Positions 19,394-29,127 of a DNA stretch of 64,000 nucleotides are shown piece by piece (within the stretch, counting starts at the first letter, position 1; the number at the start of each line of letters is the position of its first letter). The DNA is taken from IMG/VR virus record IMGVR_UViG_3300045597_000172; one strand, given 5' to 3'. Origin of the DNA: a virus (taxonomy: Duplodnaviria; Heunggongvirae; Uroviricota; Caudoviricetes). The notes under the pieces were generated by a model. It worked only from the letters and a program-made list of their open reading frames with translations. It was not told the DNA's origin and did not search any database. The translations under genes were made by a program, and so were the position numbers.

Positions 19394-19560
19394 AAAAAAA
19401 GTCATGCTAAGCATGACTAATTTGTTAACGATTCATAATGTATAACTTTGATGCCCATTTCAATCCGCGTAACGATAATCGTTGCGACAGCTAACCATAC
19501 GTTAACTGCTTGAGTGTTAATTCTAAAGTAACTCGCTTAAACTTTAAGCAAATTAATTAC
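19394..19560 (-). ncRNA. Candidate ~165-nt sRNA
   Basis: TAGACA-16-TATAAT (TGn) promoter at 19594-19567, terminator 19394-19418, no ORF with a good SD. Confidence 0.45.
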
Positions 19561-19695
19561 ATCTTTATTATAACATGTGAGTATTTCTTGTCTATGCCTG
19601 ATAAGATCAACCAATACCATACACACAAACAATGAATGTATTTCACATTGCAATACGTAGCTTGATTTTTAAACTGCCTGTGCTATAATAAAATC

Positions 19696-19757
19696 ACTAA
19701 TTGGAGTGAGAAAAACTCATTCTGAAATCTCGGAGAGTAACTGTCCGGGATTTTTTT
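19696..19757 (+). ncRNA. Candidate ~60-nt two-hairpin sRNA
   Basis: TTGATT-16-TATAAT (TGn) at 19662-19689, hairpin 19704-19722, terminator 19726-19757. Confidence 0.5.
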
Positions 19758-20060
19758 GTGCGCAAAAAAACAGTCTTCACGAAGAAGACTGCTCTTGTCT
19801 GTTGTTTAACACCAAAAAATAAACCGTCCTAATCAGTTCATTTTAACAACTATGTTTTAAATTAAGATAATGCCATCCTAAGTGGCAAGTTTGAAAGAAA
19901 TCGTATGACAGTACGTTTCAATCAACGCAACAATTATCGTTACGAAAAAGCATTCGTATTACAGTACGAATACTATATGTGTATTATAAATGAACATTAA
20001 GCATATTTCAATCTAACATTTAAAAACATCTCACGAAATCGATCTGTGAGGGTTTCTTAT

Positions 20061-20561
20061 CTATTCTTGATACGACCACGAAATACCATAAACACGATCG
20101 ATAACCGAATTCCGAAATTTTTGTAAGAATCGGACAAATAGTTCATCAGATAACGACCTGTCTAATCCATCTTTGTTGAAAGTCGAATTTACAATCATGT
20201 GAATAACAAGCTGACCATCTACGACATCGACATGATAATCTGCACTGCAATAATAAGATGATAACCAATCATGGACTGCTTCAAAAAATGCGGTTTCAAC
20301 ACAATCATTGAAATATTTTTCATTATTAATTGATCCGTGAGCTGTGAACAGCTCATGCCGCGCAGCAACTAGTTTCATAAACAAATCAATTGGAATTAAT
20401 ACATAACACTCGTACGAAGTTTTATGATGCGTTGAATAAGATAACGAAAATTTATATGGTGGAAAAACCGTATGTGATTTGAAATTATAACCCTTTAATG
20501 GGTCATGCTTTTGAAAATACATCTGAGAATCCCGTAATCTTTGTTCTGATAAACTATGCAT
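20061..20561 (-). CDS. Hypothetical protein (paralog of 20798)
   Basis: C-terminal YHVDV...LSD...F...VYGISWSY. AAGAGG SD. Confidence 0.7.
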   Translation of the reverse strand: MHSLSEQRLRDSQMYFQKHDPLKGYNFKSHTVFPPYKFSLSYSTHHKTSYECYVLIPIDLFMKLVAARHELFTAHGSINNEKYFNDCVETAFFEAVHDWLSSYYCSADYHVDVVDGQLVIHMIVNSTFNKDGLDRSLSDELFVRFLQKFRNSVIDRVYGISWSYQE

Positions 20562-20797
20562 TTCAATTACCTCTTTTTTATATTATTTACCTAAAGTATA
20601 CTGTGCTGGAATCAAAAAAGATAGCTCTATTTTTAATCTGGTAGGTTTAAAAGCAAAAAAATAAACCGTATTAAACGGTTTATTTTAATTAGGATTATTT
20701 GGTTAAAATAATACCCTCGCAATTGACGAATTGCACAGAATAATCGTATTGCAGTACGAATATTCCTACTACATTATATAAAATAATCAGACGTGTT

Positions 20798-21409
20798 TCA
20801 ATATACGAAACTCCACTTCTCACCGTAAAGACCTTCAAGAAAATCATGCTTAAATGTTTTAACCGAATCATTTACAACATCATCTGAAAGATTGATAATC
20901 CGTTTTTCATCAGTAGGATATATGCCCGCAAAAATCGAGAAACCATTATGCGTCACACTTACTTGATACGTAGAAAATCCAACATTAGAAACAAATTTAA
21001 AAAGATTTTCAAAAAGTTTATGAATAGACCTTGATAAATCTTTGAAAAGAAACAAAAACTCATGTCCCAAATCAAAACGGTCAATTAAAAGTTTATCAAA
21101 AAGTAAATCAAAAGAATTACTATCAGTAAACATCGACCGAAAATCATCTGAATCAACATGCATTAACCGTGGATCATCAAAAATTTTCCACGGAATAGCG
21201 ATTACAAACTGGCAACCACGAAGGTCATTCATCGAAATGTTTGCAAATGAACGATTGACAGCATCTTTATCCAACACAGTATGTTCAAAAGCAGTTACGT
21301 CATCTGAAAAAGGAAACGCCCTAAAAAATTTTTTATCATGATCAAAAACATCAAGCATATGTTCAGATGAAACTTTTCTCCAAAAAACTGAAACTTCTGA
21401 ATCTTTCAT
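20798..21409 (-). CDS. Hypothetical protein (paralog of 20061)
   Basis: ATG 21409 follows AAAGGAGGTG. C-terminal YQVSV...LSD...F...LYGEKWSF. Confidence 0.75.
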   Translation of the reverse strand: MKDSEVSVFWRKVSSEHMLDVFDHDKKFFRAFPFSDDVTAFEHTVLDKDAVNRSFANISMNDLRGCQFVIAIPWKIFDDPRLMHVDSDDFRSMFTDSNSFDLLFDKLLIDRFDLGHEFLFLFKDLSRSIHKLFENLFKFVSNVGFSTYQVSVTHNGFSIFAGIYPTDEKRIINLSDDVVNDSVKTFKHDFLEGLYGEKWSFVY

Positions 21410-21478
21410 TTTTAATTCACCTCCTTTCTGTATCTTTTCTAATAATACAATAAAAAATATCAAAACGATAATATATTT

Positions 21479-21514
21479 AAAAACCCCCGCGAAATTAATC
21501 CGTGAGGGTTTTTT
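21479..21514 (-). terminator. Intrinsic terminator (possibly bidirectional)
   Basis: GC hairpin flanked by A and T runs, directly after the 21527 gene. Confidence 0.7.
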
Positions 21515-21526
21515 GATACTGTACAA

Positions 21527-22414
21527 TTAACGACTTAGTTCATCATTTTTTGACTTATCTGAAGTTGACGTTTGGTCAACTTGGTTCAAAAGTTGATCTT
21601 TGTTTTTGCTGGCTGCTTTTTCGACTTTCGAATTTACTTTGGTGTCCGATTTTTCAACTGAACCGGTTACCATTTTAGCACCCTTTGAATGCATCGATTC
21701 GATACCTTTCTTGGTACCGTTGTAGGCACTCGACGCACCCTTGCTAACGGCATCTACGGTACCCGAAACACCCTCAGAAACGTCCTTTGAAACCCCGCCG
21801 AAACCTTTTTTGAGACTGTCGAGTCCCTTGTTAAAGGTATCTCCGATGGCATGCAGTCCGCCACTAACGGTCGAACCGACCATGCTGGCTTGCTTGTTCA
21901 AAGCTTGTCCAGTTACGCTAATTCCGTGGGATGTTTGCGAGCCAACATAATCAGCCGTATTTTTAGCGGTCTTAGAAACACCTGCACCGATTGTTGCACC
22001 GGCACCTAACGCCGTTTCGCCTGCATACGTAGCACCATTCGCGACGGTCTTAGCCGTATTGGTTACACCAGCACCAATCGTATCAGCACCGTTGGAAACT
22101 GCATTAGCACCCTTATCATATTGCGAACCAACAGTCTTTGCCATCCCGTTAAAGCCCGAACCGACGGTACTTGCAGCACCTGAAACTTGATCCGCTACAT
22201 ATTTACCACCGCCAATTACACCGGAAGCAGCCGTTGCGCCAGCACCAAGAACCGTTTTGCCGGCATACTGCGCAGCATTTACCGTGGCCGAAACACCTTT
22301 GGAAGTCGTATTGATTGTCTGATCAATTCCACTACCAACCGTAGAACCAATTGTCTGATTAGACTCCGTTTCGTCATCATCGTAATCGTCATCATAACGT
22401 TTTGCTCGTGCCAT
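21527..22414 (-). CDS. Gly/Ala/Ser/Thr-rich protein with 11-residue amphipathic repeats
   Basis: Hendecad periodicity over about 200 aa, acidic N-terminus, ends KNDELSR. Confidence 0.75.
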   Translation of the reverse strand: MARAKRYDDDYDDDETESNQTIGSTVGSGIDQTINTTSKGVSATVNAAQYAGKTVLGAGATAASGVIGGGKYVADQVSGAASTVGSGFNGMAKTVGSQYDKGANAVSNGADTIGAGVTNTAKTVANGATYAGETALGAGATIGAGVSKTAKNTADYVGSQTSHGISVTGQALNKQASMVGSTVSGGLHAIGDTFNKGLDSLKKGFGGVSKDVSEGVSGTVDAVSKGASSAYNGTKKGIESMHSKGAKMVTGSVEKSDTKVNSKVEKAASKNKDQLLNQVDQTSTSDKSKNDELSR

Positions 22415-22437
22415 AAGTTAAACCTCTTTTCTATTAT

Positions 22438-24018
22438 TTATTTGCCTAAGTCAACTTGATTTGCAAGTGATGGATCAACACCACGCATCACGCTGCTATC
22501 CATGTTTGACTTGATTTTCTTTGCCATCTTATCAGCTTTACGAGCACCCATGTAACCAGCCGCCGCAACAACTGTCAAGGATGCTGCAATCACCTTAGCT
22601 GATACTTTCAACGTTGCTTTACCCAAACGAGTTGCCGTAGCCGCTACTAGTGACTTAGTTGACATCTTGTCGTACTTGGCTTGATTTTCTTTCCATTTGT
22701 TAATAAACGACGTCTTGTTGCGTTTTTCTTGTTGTTTACGTAACTGCATATTTTCAGCTTGCGCATCAGCTAACTGCGCTTCTAACTTAGCAACGCGTTC
22801 ATCAACATTTTCAGCCGTCTTACCAGCTGTTTCGTGCATCTTATCGTCTAAATCAAGTTGCTTATCCTCCATGCCGGCCTTTTCGACGTTTGCATCAATC
22901 GGCGCACCTTTGGAAGCTGTGGCCGTTCCGATTGCCGTATCGCCAATTCCCAACTGCTTATTAGAAACTGTGGTTGCTTTGGGCGTTTCAGTCTGTTTAG
23001 TAGCCTTTTCAGGTTTTGTTGTATCAGTTTCAGGCTTAGTCGTAACTGCATCTTGAATTTTTGTTTTTGGTAATAGTGGTTCAAGTACGCGCATCCGTTC
23101 CGAAATCTGATGTAATTCATGATCCGCATGATTCCGTGCCTTGCTCAACACCGTACCAGCATCACCGTTTAAAGTTGCCAATTGCTTTTTAGTCAACGTC
23201 TTAGAAGTTGTGTTTGGATATAACTCCGTGGCCGCTAACATCCGCATTTTCTTACGAATCCCTGCCACACTTTGTGGATCAGCTTTCTTCTCTTCGTTGC
23301 GTAAAGCACGTGCCTGTGAGATAAAGTTTAACTTATCGTCCTGATCTTGTTTTAACTGTTCATATTCATTGACCGGTGACATCAAGTGCTTAGCTTCGTG
23401 GGACTTAGGCAAAACATTTGTTTTTTGCTTTTTTGCATCTTGCAAAGTTTCAACAACCGGTGTCGTTTCGTCTTTCGTATCAATCACGCTGCGTTGTTCT
23501 TTGACCTCATCTTTTGGAGCTTGTGTCTTTTTGTTATGTTGACGTTTAAAAACTGAAGCTAACGCCGTTGTACCAGCAACACCTAAGCCACGTCGCAACA
23601 TCTGTGCGTTACGTTGCTTTTGACGTGCCTGTTTCATCGTATTTTGTTTATTGGTCTGCACCTTATCAGCGTACTTTGCTAACTTAGCCTGTGTAATCTG
23701 CATACTCGTATTTGCAACCTGTTCCTCAGCCTTATCAACTTGACGACTTGCTGATGGAATTTGTTCCTTTGCATTTGGTAAAATCCGTTTACTTTCGCTA
23801 CGTTGCTGTCGTACCACTCGATCTGATAATTTCTGTTCATCGACATCTTCTTGTTCTTGACGTCGCTGTTCCGAAACTCGTTGCATATCCGCAATATTCT
23901 TGTCGTTTAGAGCTTTCATTTTACGATTTTCTTCTGCAAGATCATCTTGATGATTGTTTAAAACTCGCTCGTTTTCTTCATCAGTAACATGTTTAGTATA
24001 ATCTGCTTCATTTGCCAT
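22438..24018 (-). CDS. Charged coiled-coil/low-complexity protein
   Basis: 526 aa, K/Q/E/A-rich, two short hydrophobic segments, ends NQVDLGK. Confidence 0.75.
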   Translation of the reverse strand: MANEADYTKHVTDEENERVLNNHQDDLAEENRKMKALNDKNIADMQRVSEQRRQEQEDVDEQKLSDRVVRQQRSESKRILPNAKEQIPSASRQVDKAEEQVANTSMQITQAKLAKYADKVQTNKQNTMKQARQKQRNAQMLRRGLGVAGTTALASVFKRQHNKKTQAPKDEVKEQRSVIDTKDETTPVVETLQDAKKQKTNVLPKSHEAKHLMSPVNEYEQLKQDQDDKLNFISQARALRNEEKKADPQSVAGIRKKMRMLAATELYPNTTSKTLTKKQLATLNGDAGTVLSKARNHADHELHQISERMRVLEPLLPKTKIQDAVTTKPETDTTKPEKATKQTETPKATTVSNKQLGIGDTAIGTATASKGAPIDANVEKAGMEDKQLDLDDKMHETAGKTAENVDERVAKLEAQLADAQAENMQLRKQQEKRNKTSFINKWKENQAKYDKMSTKSLVAATATRLGKATLKVSAKVIAASLTVVAAAGYMGARKADKMAKKIKSNMDSSVMRGVDPSLANQVDLGK

Positions 24019-24042
24019 TTCATAACCCTCCTGTTTTTTTAA

Positions 24043-24564
24043 TTACGACATGCTGGCTTGTTGTGCCGCACTTCCGGTATTTGCAATACCCGCACGTGCT
24101 AAATCTTTTTGGTAATTCTTAGTGGAACTGTCCTGAATCTTCTTCAAATCACTCGCAAATTTGCTTGTTGTAGCACTTGTAGAACGACCATTCTTGTTAT
24201 TACCCAACAGTTTTGCTAATCCAAGCGTGCCGGCTCCTGTTGCGGCCACAGTTGCCGTCTTTTTCAAAAGAGACGACTTATTATGTGACATTTCGGAACT
24301 AGCTGTTTTCGAAGATTCCGACGGTTTCGTATCTTTTTTGGATTTATCTTTCGATTTTTCCGTATTCTTATCAATTTCACTTTTTGCTTTATGACCTAGT
24401 TTATCAGCTACGCCACCGATTACCGCACCGCCAACTACATCCGCGGCAACAGCCGCAACCCCGGTTAAACCAACTAAGCCACCAACTGGGGTAAACGCGG
24501 CTGCCGTACCGGCAATCGTAACACCCGTTTTTAAGACGGTACTGGTTGTTTTACTCAACGCCAT
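24043..24564 (-). CDS. Glycine-zipper-like low-complexity protein
   Basis: ATG 24564 follows GGAGGTG. GGLVGLTGVAAVAADVVGGAVIGG. Confidence 0.7.
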   Translation of the reverse strand: MALSKTTSTVLKTGVTIAGTAAAFTPVGGLVGLTGVAAVAADVVGGAVIGGVADKLGHKAKSEIDKNTEKSKDKSKKDTKPSESSKTASSEMSHNKSSLLKKTATVAATGAGTLGLAKLLGNNKNGRSTSATTSKFASDLKKIQDSSTKNYQKDLARAGIANTGSAAQQASMS

Positions 24565-24823
24565 TGATCTCACCTCCAGTTGAACCCGCAAGTTGAGCTA
24601 AAACCTGCGTTTCGACTGCTTTACGCTGTTTGAACCAACGTTCTAACCGTGGGGTAGTTTCTCCAGCATGGATTGCATGCATGTCTTGCACCGTTAATTT
24701 TAACTGGTTTTGCCACGCTTCCGTGCCAACTTTCTCTAACATTGCAATCACAGCATACGAACGTGAAACACTGTTTAGTTTTAATGCTGGACGCCCAAGT
24801 TTTGGTATTTTTTCATCTGCCAT
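24551..24823 (-). CDS. Small hypothetical protein
   Basis: 90 aa, GAGGTG SD, overlaps the next start codon. Confidence 0.65.
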   Translation of the reverse strand: MADEKIPKLGRPALKLNSVSRSYAVIAMLEKVGTEAWQNQLKLTVQDMHAIHAGETTPRLERWFKQRKAVETQVLAQLAGSTGGEINGVE

Positions 24824-24834
24824 AAGTCATCACC

Positions 24835-25503
24835 TCATCGATTCAACTCATCACGTTGAGCTGTTTGCTGATTCTGTGCAGCGGGTTGATTGTTGCTGAC
24901 CACGGTCGCTAAATTCTTAGTTGCCGTCTGGGCATATTTGTCTTTTGCCAAACTGCCGGTATTAGCCAACGTACTATTATTGTTATTAGTAGTAGAAGTT
25001 CCGGAATTTGCCACGGCGCTTTGACTGGAAACCTGCTGGTTGACGGCTGATCCCGTATTCACGGTGTTGCTTGCCGTACTGCCTTTGGAAATATTCACCG
25101 CAGTATTACTTAAAGCACCCGTTGCGCCTGATACTAAGCTTGTCATCCCAGACATTGCCTTTTTATTAGTCAATAACGCTAATACTCCTAGAATTGAACC
25201 CGTCTTGAGTAAACTTGACAAACCACCAGATGTTCCTAATAAAGAAGAAACACCTTTCGCACCGCCGCTCAGTAAGCTGCCACCAACACTCGCAACACCT
25301 AATGCCGTTTTACCAGCAACCTTTCCGGTTTTTCCGGCAACTTTTAAAGCTGTCTTACCAGCGGTCTTTGCTTTATCCGACGTCGCGGCCTTACTAACAT
25401 CTTTCGCAACCGTTTTGCCTTTACCTAACATCTTTTCAACACCGGAAATGATTCCGGTACTGCCTTTTTCAACTGTTTCTGTTGCCATTGATGCGACTGA
25501 CAT
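24835..25503 (-). CDS. Lys/Gly/Ala/Ser-rich amphipathic protein
   Basis: KTAGKTALKVAGK repeats, hydrophobic LGVLALL, ends QRDELNR. Confidence 0.75.
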   Translation of the reverse strand: MSVASMATETVEKGSTGIISGVEKMLGKGKTVAKDVSKAATSDKAKTAGKTALKVAGKTGKVAGKTALGVASVGGSLLSGGAKGVSSLLGTSGGLSSLLKTGSILGVLALLTNKKAMSGMTSLVSGATGALSNTAVNISKGSTASNTVNTGSAVNQQVSSQSAVANSGTSTTNNNNSTLANTGSLAKDKYAQTATKNLATVVSNNQPAAQNQQTAQRDELNR

Positions 25504-25689
25504 CAAATCACCATCCTTTATTTATCCGTGATGCTTAACAAACCTTGAATGAAAACCGTTACATGCATCACATTAACGTAAAATCATTTACGATCTCGTA
25601 TCATTAACTCCTATTATACCTAAGCGGTGACCAAAATTCGTTTACGAAAGAATTCCGATTTAATCAATCATCCGCAAATTGAACCAATT

Positions 25690-27790
25690 TTTTTAGACCC
25701 GTGCCAAACACTAAAACCACTATTGACACGTAACTTTTAAAAAAATCCGAACATTTTTTGGTACTTTTAACAAAAACAATTATGCCACGGTTTTTTAAAA
25801 CCCCAATGTAAGCTTGCGTAGCAAGGGATTCACAAAGTAAGTCGTAAAAAGCGGGTTTCTGCCACGGTCGTAAAATCAAACCGTGGCACGAATTTGTGGC
25901 ATTTTGGCTTTTAAAAAATACCAACCAGACCAATTTATAAAAAATAATCAGGACTCACGCTTAGCGGCAGTTGGCGTAGCTCGAAATTAAAGACTGAAAA
26001 ATAAATTTTTTTTGAACTTTTTTTTGTTCACAAAGATCGGCTGTATTTTTTGGGGTCTAAAAATAGCTGTACCCGTTGATACGACTAACCGCAATGCGGT
26101 TTTTGGACGCTTTTTTCACGTCAAAAAAGGGTCACTTTGAAATTATTATTATTATATATCTCAAACCGTGGCACAGATTTTTTTGGTCAAATCGCGATAA
26201 AGCCTGTCATATCAGTACGAACATTGATTCTTGCATCATTTTACAAAATTTCACGAAAACTGCATAACGTGGCACAAAACTGCATAAAGTTATTAAATTC
26301 ACGATCTTTGTGCCACGGTTTTATTTTTATAATTATAATTTCAAAATTGACACCTTTTTACTTTATGAGAGTGTTTATTAGAATATATAGTAATATTATT
26401 AGAATAACTTAATATAATATTTTAGTTATCTATCTAATAAAAACTGCTACAAACCCTTTCGTGAGGGCAAAACACAAATTTTAAGAATTGTCAATAGTAG
26501 CTATATTTAAGCATTTTAAAATGAGGTCACATTAGAAAATAAGCTGACCCATTTTGTGACCCTTTTGACACCTAACTAATTTTAGACTTAATTTAGTCTT
26601 TTTAAGAAAACTGCTACAAACCCTTTCGTAACAGTCTTTAATCAAGTTTTGTCGAGCCTATCTAAAATCAGTATTTGATGAATTGGTCTAATTTGCCACG
26701 GTTTTTGAAAAAAGCTGAGATCAAAGTGTGGCACGACTTCTGTAACCCTCTTGTATCAAGTAGTTCACGTGATATTCTTTTTGTCAAGACCCTCAAAAAA
26801 TACCAATTTCAGACGTTAAGAACAAACCGTTCTAATAATTTTGACTACTTTCTAATAAATCGAATAAAGACTGACATTACAGCATTCGTGTGATGATCGT
26901 GACTGTTTTTTATTAATTTTAAAATTACGGTTTTTAAATTGGTCTACCACTTTTTAGAAAAAAGGGTCATTCAAAACGTAAAATGGGTCAGTCTAAATTT
27001 TTTAAGGCTTTATTTCTTAAACATTTCTTAACAATTAGGCTTTTTTGGCTCTAAATTACGAAAAGTAGATTGTGCAATCGTACACAAGGCTTGATACGTA
27101 AGGGTTTTGCGTGCCACACTTTTTTAAGAGCTGTATCCGTTGAGCGACAAGGAGTTTCAGCCTGCCACATTTTAAACCGTGGCATAAAACCATCAAAACG
27201 TGGCACGATCTACCATGAAATTTCTCATAATAGCATTCAATTGTGAAAAAAGAGGGGGTTTTCGAGAAAGTTGACCTGACCCTTTTTTGCACTTCACAAA
27301 GTGACCAAAATCCCAGTGTTGAGCCATTCTTCCATTTTTTGGGTCAAAAAAAGGGTCATCTATACCACGATGAGGGCTAAAAACCCATAATAAACCGTGG
27401 CACAAATTCAAAATGAGCCGTTAAGCCCCGTAACATCAACTTCTTTCGTGCCACGGTTTTTTCGTGGCAAAAAGTCTTCACAAACTCGAAATGCCTTTAT
27501 ACCGGGAATGAAAAAAGTATACCAATTGAAAATTCGAAAAAAATGACACCTATTGACCCATTTTAGGGTAAAAATGACCCTTTTTTTGAGTTAAAATTCA
27601 GCAATTTGAAAAATGACTGCATAAACGCTCAAATTATTCACCCATAATTGTTTTTAGAAATCGTTTTCGTTACTGGTATGTCAAGTAAAATTAGCCTTAT
27701 TTTAAAATATACATTTGCATTCAAGAATTTTAAGTAAGTGATCCTGATTTTAAAATTCGGATTTTAAATATCGTGGCAGAAATATTGGCA
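25690..27790. repeat. Non-coding array of two interleaved motifs (AAACCGTGGCAC-like and AAAAGGGTCA-like) around an AT-rich core; candidate origin or centromere
   Basis: About 17 GTGGCA/TGCCAC cores and 10 GGGTCA/TGACCC cores counted by eye, in both orientations. AT-rich 26320-26440. 23-bp direct repeat AAAACTGCTACAAACCCTTTCGT near 26440 and 26608. Confidence 0.85.
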
Positions 27791-27951
27791 AAATTGACGA
27801 ATCTGTCTATTTTTAAGTTTTACTTGCAATATCAACCACGAGAGTGTTAATATAAATTCGACGTTAAATAATAGAAATCGTTTTATTTTACGGATGATTG
27901 ATTATATTTGACGATTACTTATCATATTTATATTAATAGGAGGAATTACCC

Positions 27952-28224
27952 ATGCATAAACAAGAATTAATTGATCATTTAGTTGAATCACAGAATCTAG
28001 GCAAGAACGAAGCATCCCGCATTTTTAATGACGTGTTCGAAACAATTACTCAGACCGTTGCAGCTGGCAAAGATGTTACCATCACCGGTTTTGGTACATT
28101 CAAAGCCAGCAAACGCGCTGCTCGTGTTGGCCGCAATCCACAAACTGGTGCCGAACTCAAGATCAAAGCTCATACCGTACCTGTCTTCCATGCCGGTAAG
28201 AAATTCAAGGATGCCGTTAAATAA
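27952..28224 (+). CDS. hup: Histone-like DNA-binding protein HU
   Basis: MHKQELI...VTITGFGTFKASKRAARVGRNPQTG...VPVFHAGKKFKDAVK. Confidence 0.95.
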   Translation: MHKQELIDHLVESQNLGKNEASRIFNDVFETITQTVAAGKDVTITGFGTFKASKRAARVGRNPQTGAELKIKAHTVPVFHAGKKFKDAVK

Positions 28225-28324
28225 TTTAATACAAAGCAAAAATCGAACTGATCATTCAGTTCGATTTTTTTATTTTACATATTTTGTGTTAAACTTAGTG
28301 CAACAAGTAAAGGATGTGACTAAA

Positions 28325-29086
28325 ATGAAACTGTGGCAAAAAATATGTACTTATAGTTTAATTGGGGTTGCCAGTATCGCATTACTGAGCGGATGCCAAA
28401 CCAAATCAACCGAAAAAAATTCTAGCAATCATAAAAATAATGAAACCGAAAAAAAAGTTCCGGTCAGTTTCGTTAAATCTAGCTACCAAAAAAGCCGGAT
28501 CTGGTATGTTGTTGATGCCAGTACCTTTAATAAAAGTCAGCAAAAAACAATTCCTGATTTCGTAGCCATTGTTAAAGACGGTACGGCCAAAGCGTATCGC
28601 ACCCTTGATTATGAAACCGAATATTCATATCAATTAGATGGACAATACCGTGATCAAAAGAAATTTGTTGATATTGGTACTTATGCCAAACTAAATGACA
28701 ATCAAGTCAAAACTCAAATCGGAATTTCCGATCAGGCACAATATCAACTCAACAAACTTGCATTAAACGATACTTCTCCAGACCAAAATGTCGAATCGTA
28801 TCAAGCTCCACAATTTGTTAAGCTCAATACCAAAGTTAATCATCTTGGCGAAACCGTCACGATTCCAAATGGTATGCGACCAAAAATCATGAATACGGCA
28901 TCATCAAATGTTGCACTTGATCAAGACCAAATCGATTTGAGTTTTGACTTAGGGGAACCGCTTAAAAAAGCCATTACAATTAATCATCAGAAATTCATTG
29001 GCTATCAAAGTCAAAACGGTAACTTTATCTACTTAACAAAGCAGCTTACTGGTGATTCACTAGCCAAACATGATCAGCTTAAATAA
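28325..29086 (+). CDS. Lipoprotein
   Basis: Lipobox LLSGC after signal peptide. True start ATG 28325; the track extension overlapping HU is spurious. Confidence 0.8.
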   Translation: MKLWQKICTYSLIGVASIALLSGCQTKSTEKNSSNHKNNETEKKVPVSFVKSSYQKSRIWYVVDASTFNKSQQKTIPDFVAIVKDGTAKAYRTLDYETEYSYQLDGQYRDQKKFVDIGTYAKLNDNQVKTQIGISDQAQYQLNKLALNDTSPDQNVESYQAPQFVKLNTKVNHLGETVTIPNGMRPKIMNTASSNVALDQDQIDLSFDLGEPLKKAITINHQKFIGYQSQNGNFIYLTKQLTGDSLAKHDQLK

Positions 29087-29103
29087 CTAGCAAAACGTAA
29101 CCG

Positions 29104-29127
29104 AAACGGGTCAACGACCCGTTTTTT
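29104..29127 (+). terminator. Intrinsic terminator
   Basis: AAACGGGTC/GACCCGTTT hairpin plus T run. Confidence 0.75.

Noticed and set aside
19415-19535. Hydrophobic reading frame (VWLAVATIIVTRIE) as a type I toxin
   Set aside because: An in-frame TAA precedes it and there is no start codon with an SD.
21741-25531. Long + strand ORFs antisense to the low-complexity genes (e.g. 22697..23056, 25040..25531)
   Set aside because: Shadow ORFs caused by repetitive codon use. No SD sites or protein motifs.
26076-27411. Short ORFs within the repeat array
   Set aside because: No SD sites, composition dictated by the motifs, mutually overlapping.
25690-27790. CRISPR array
   Set aside because: Motifs are 6-12 bp, in both orientations and irregularly spaced. 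No constant repeat-spacer period and no cas genes.
28028-28324. N-terminal extension of the lipoprotein in the ORF track
   Set aside because: Overlaps HU in another frame. The signal peptide and lipobox begin at ATG 28325.
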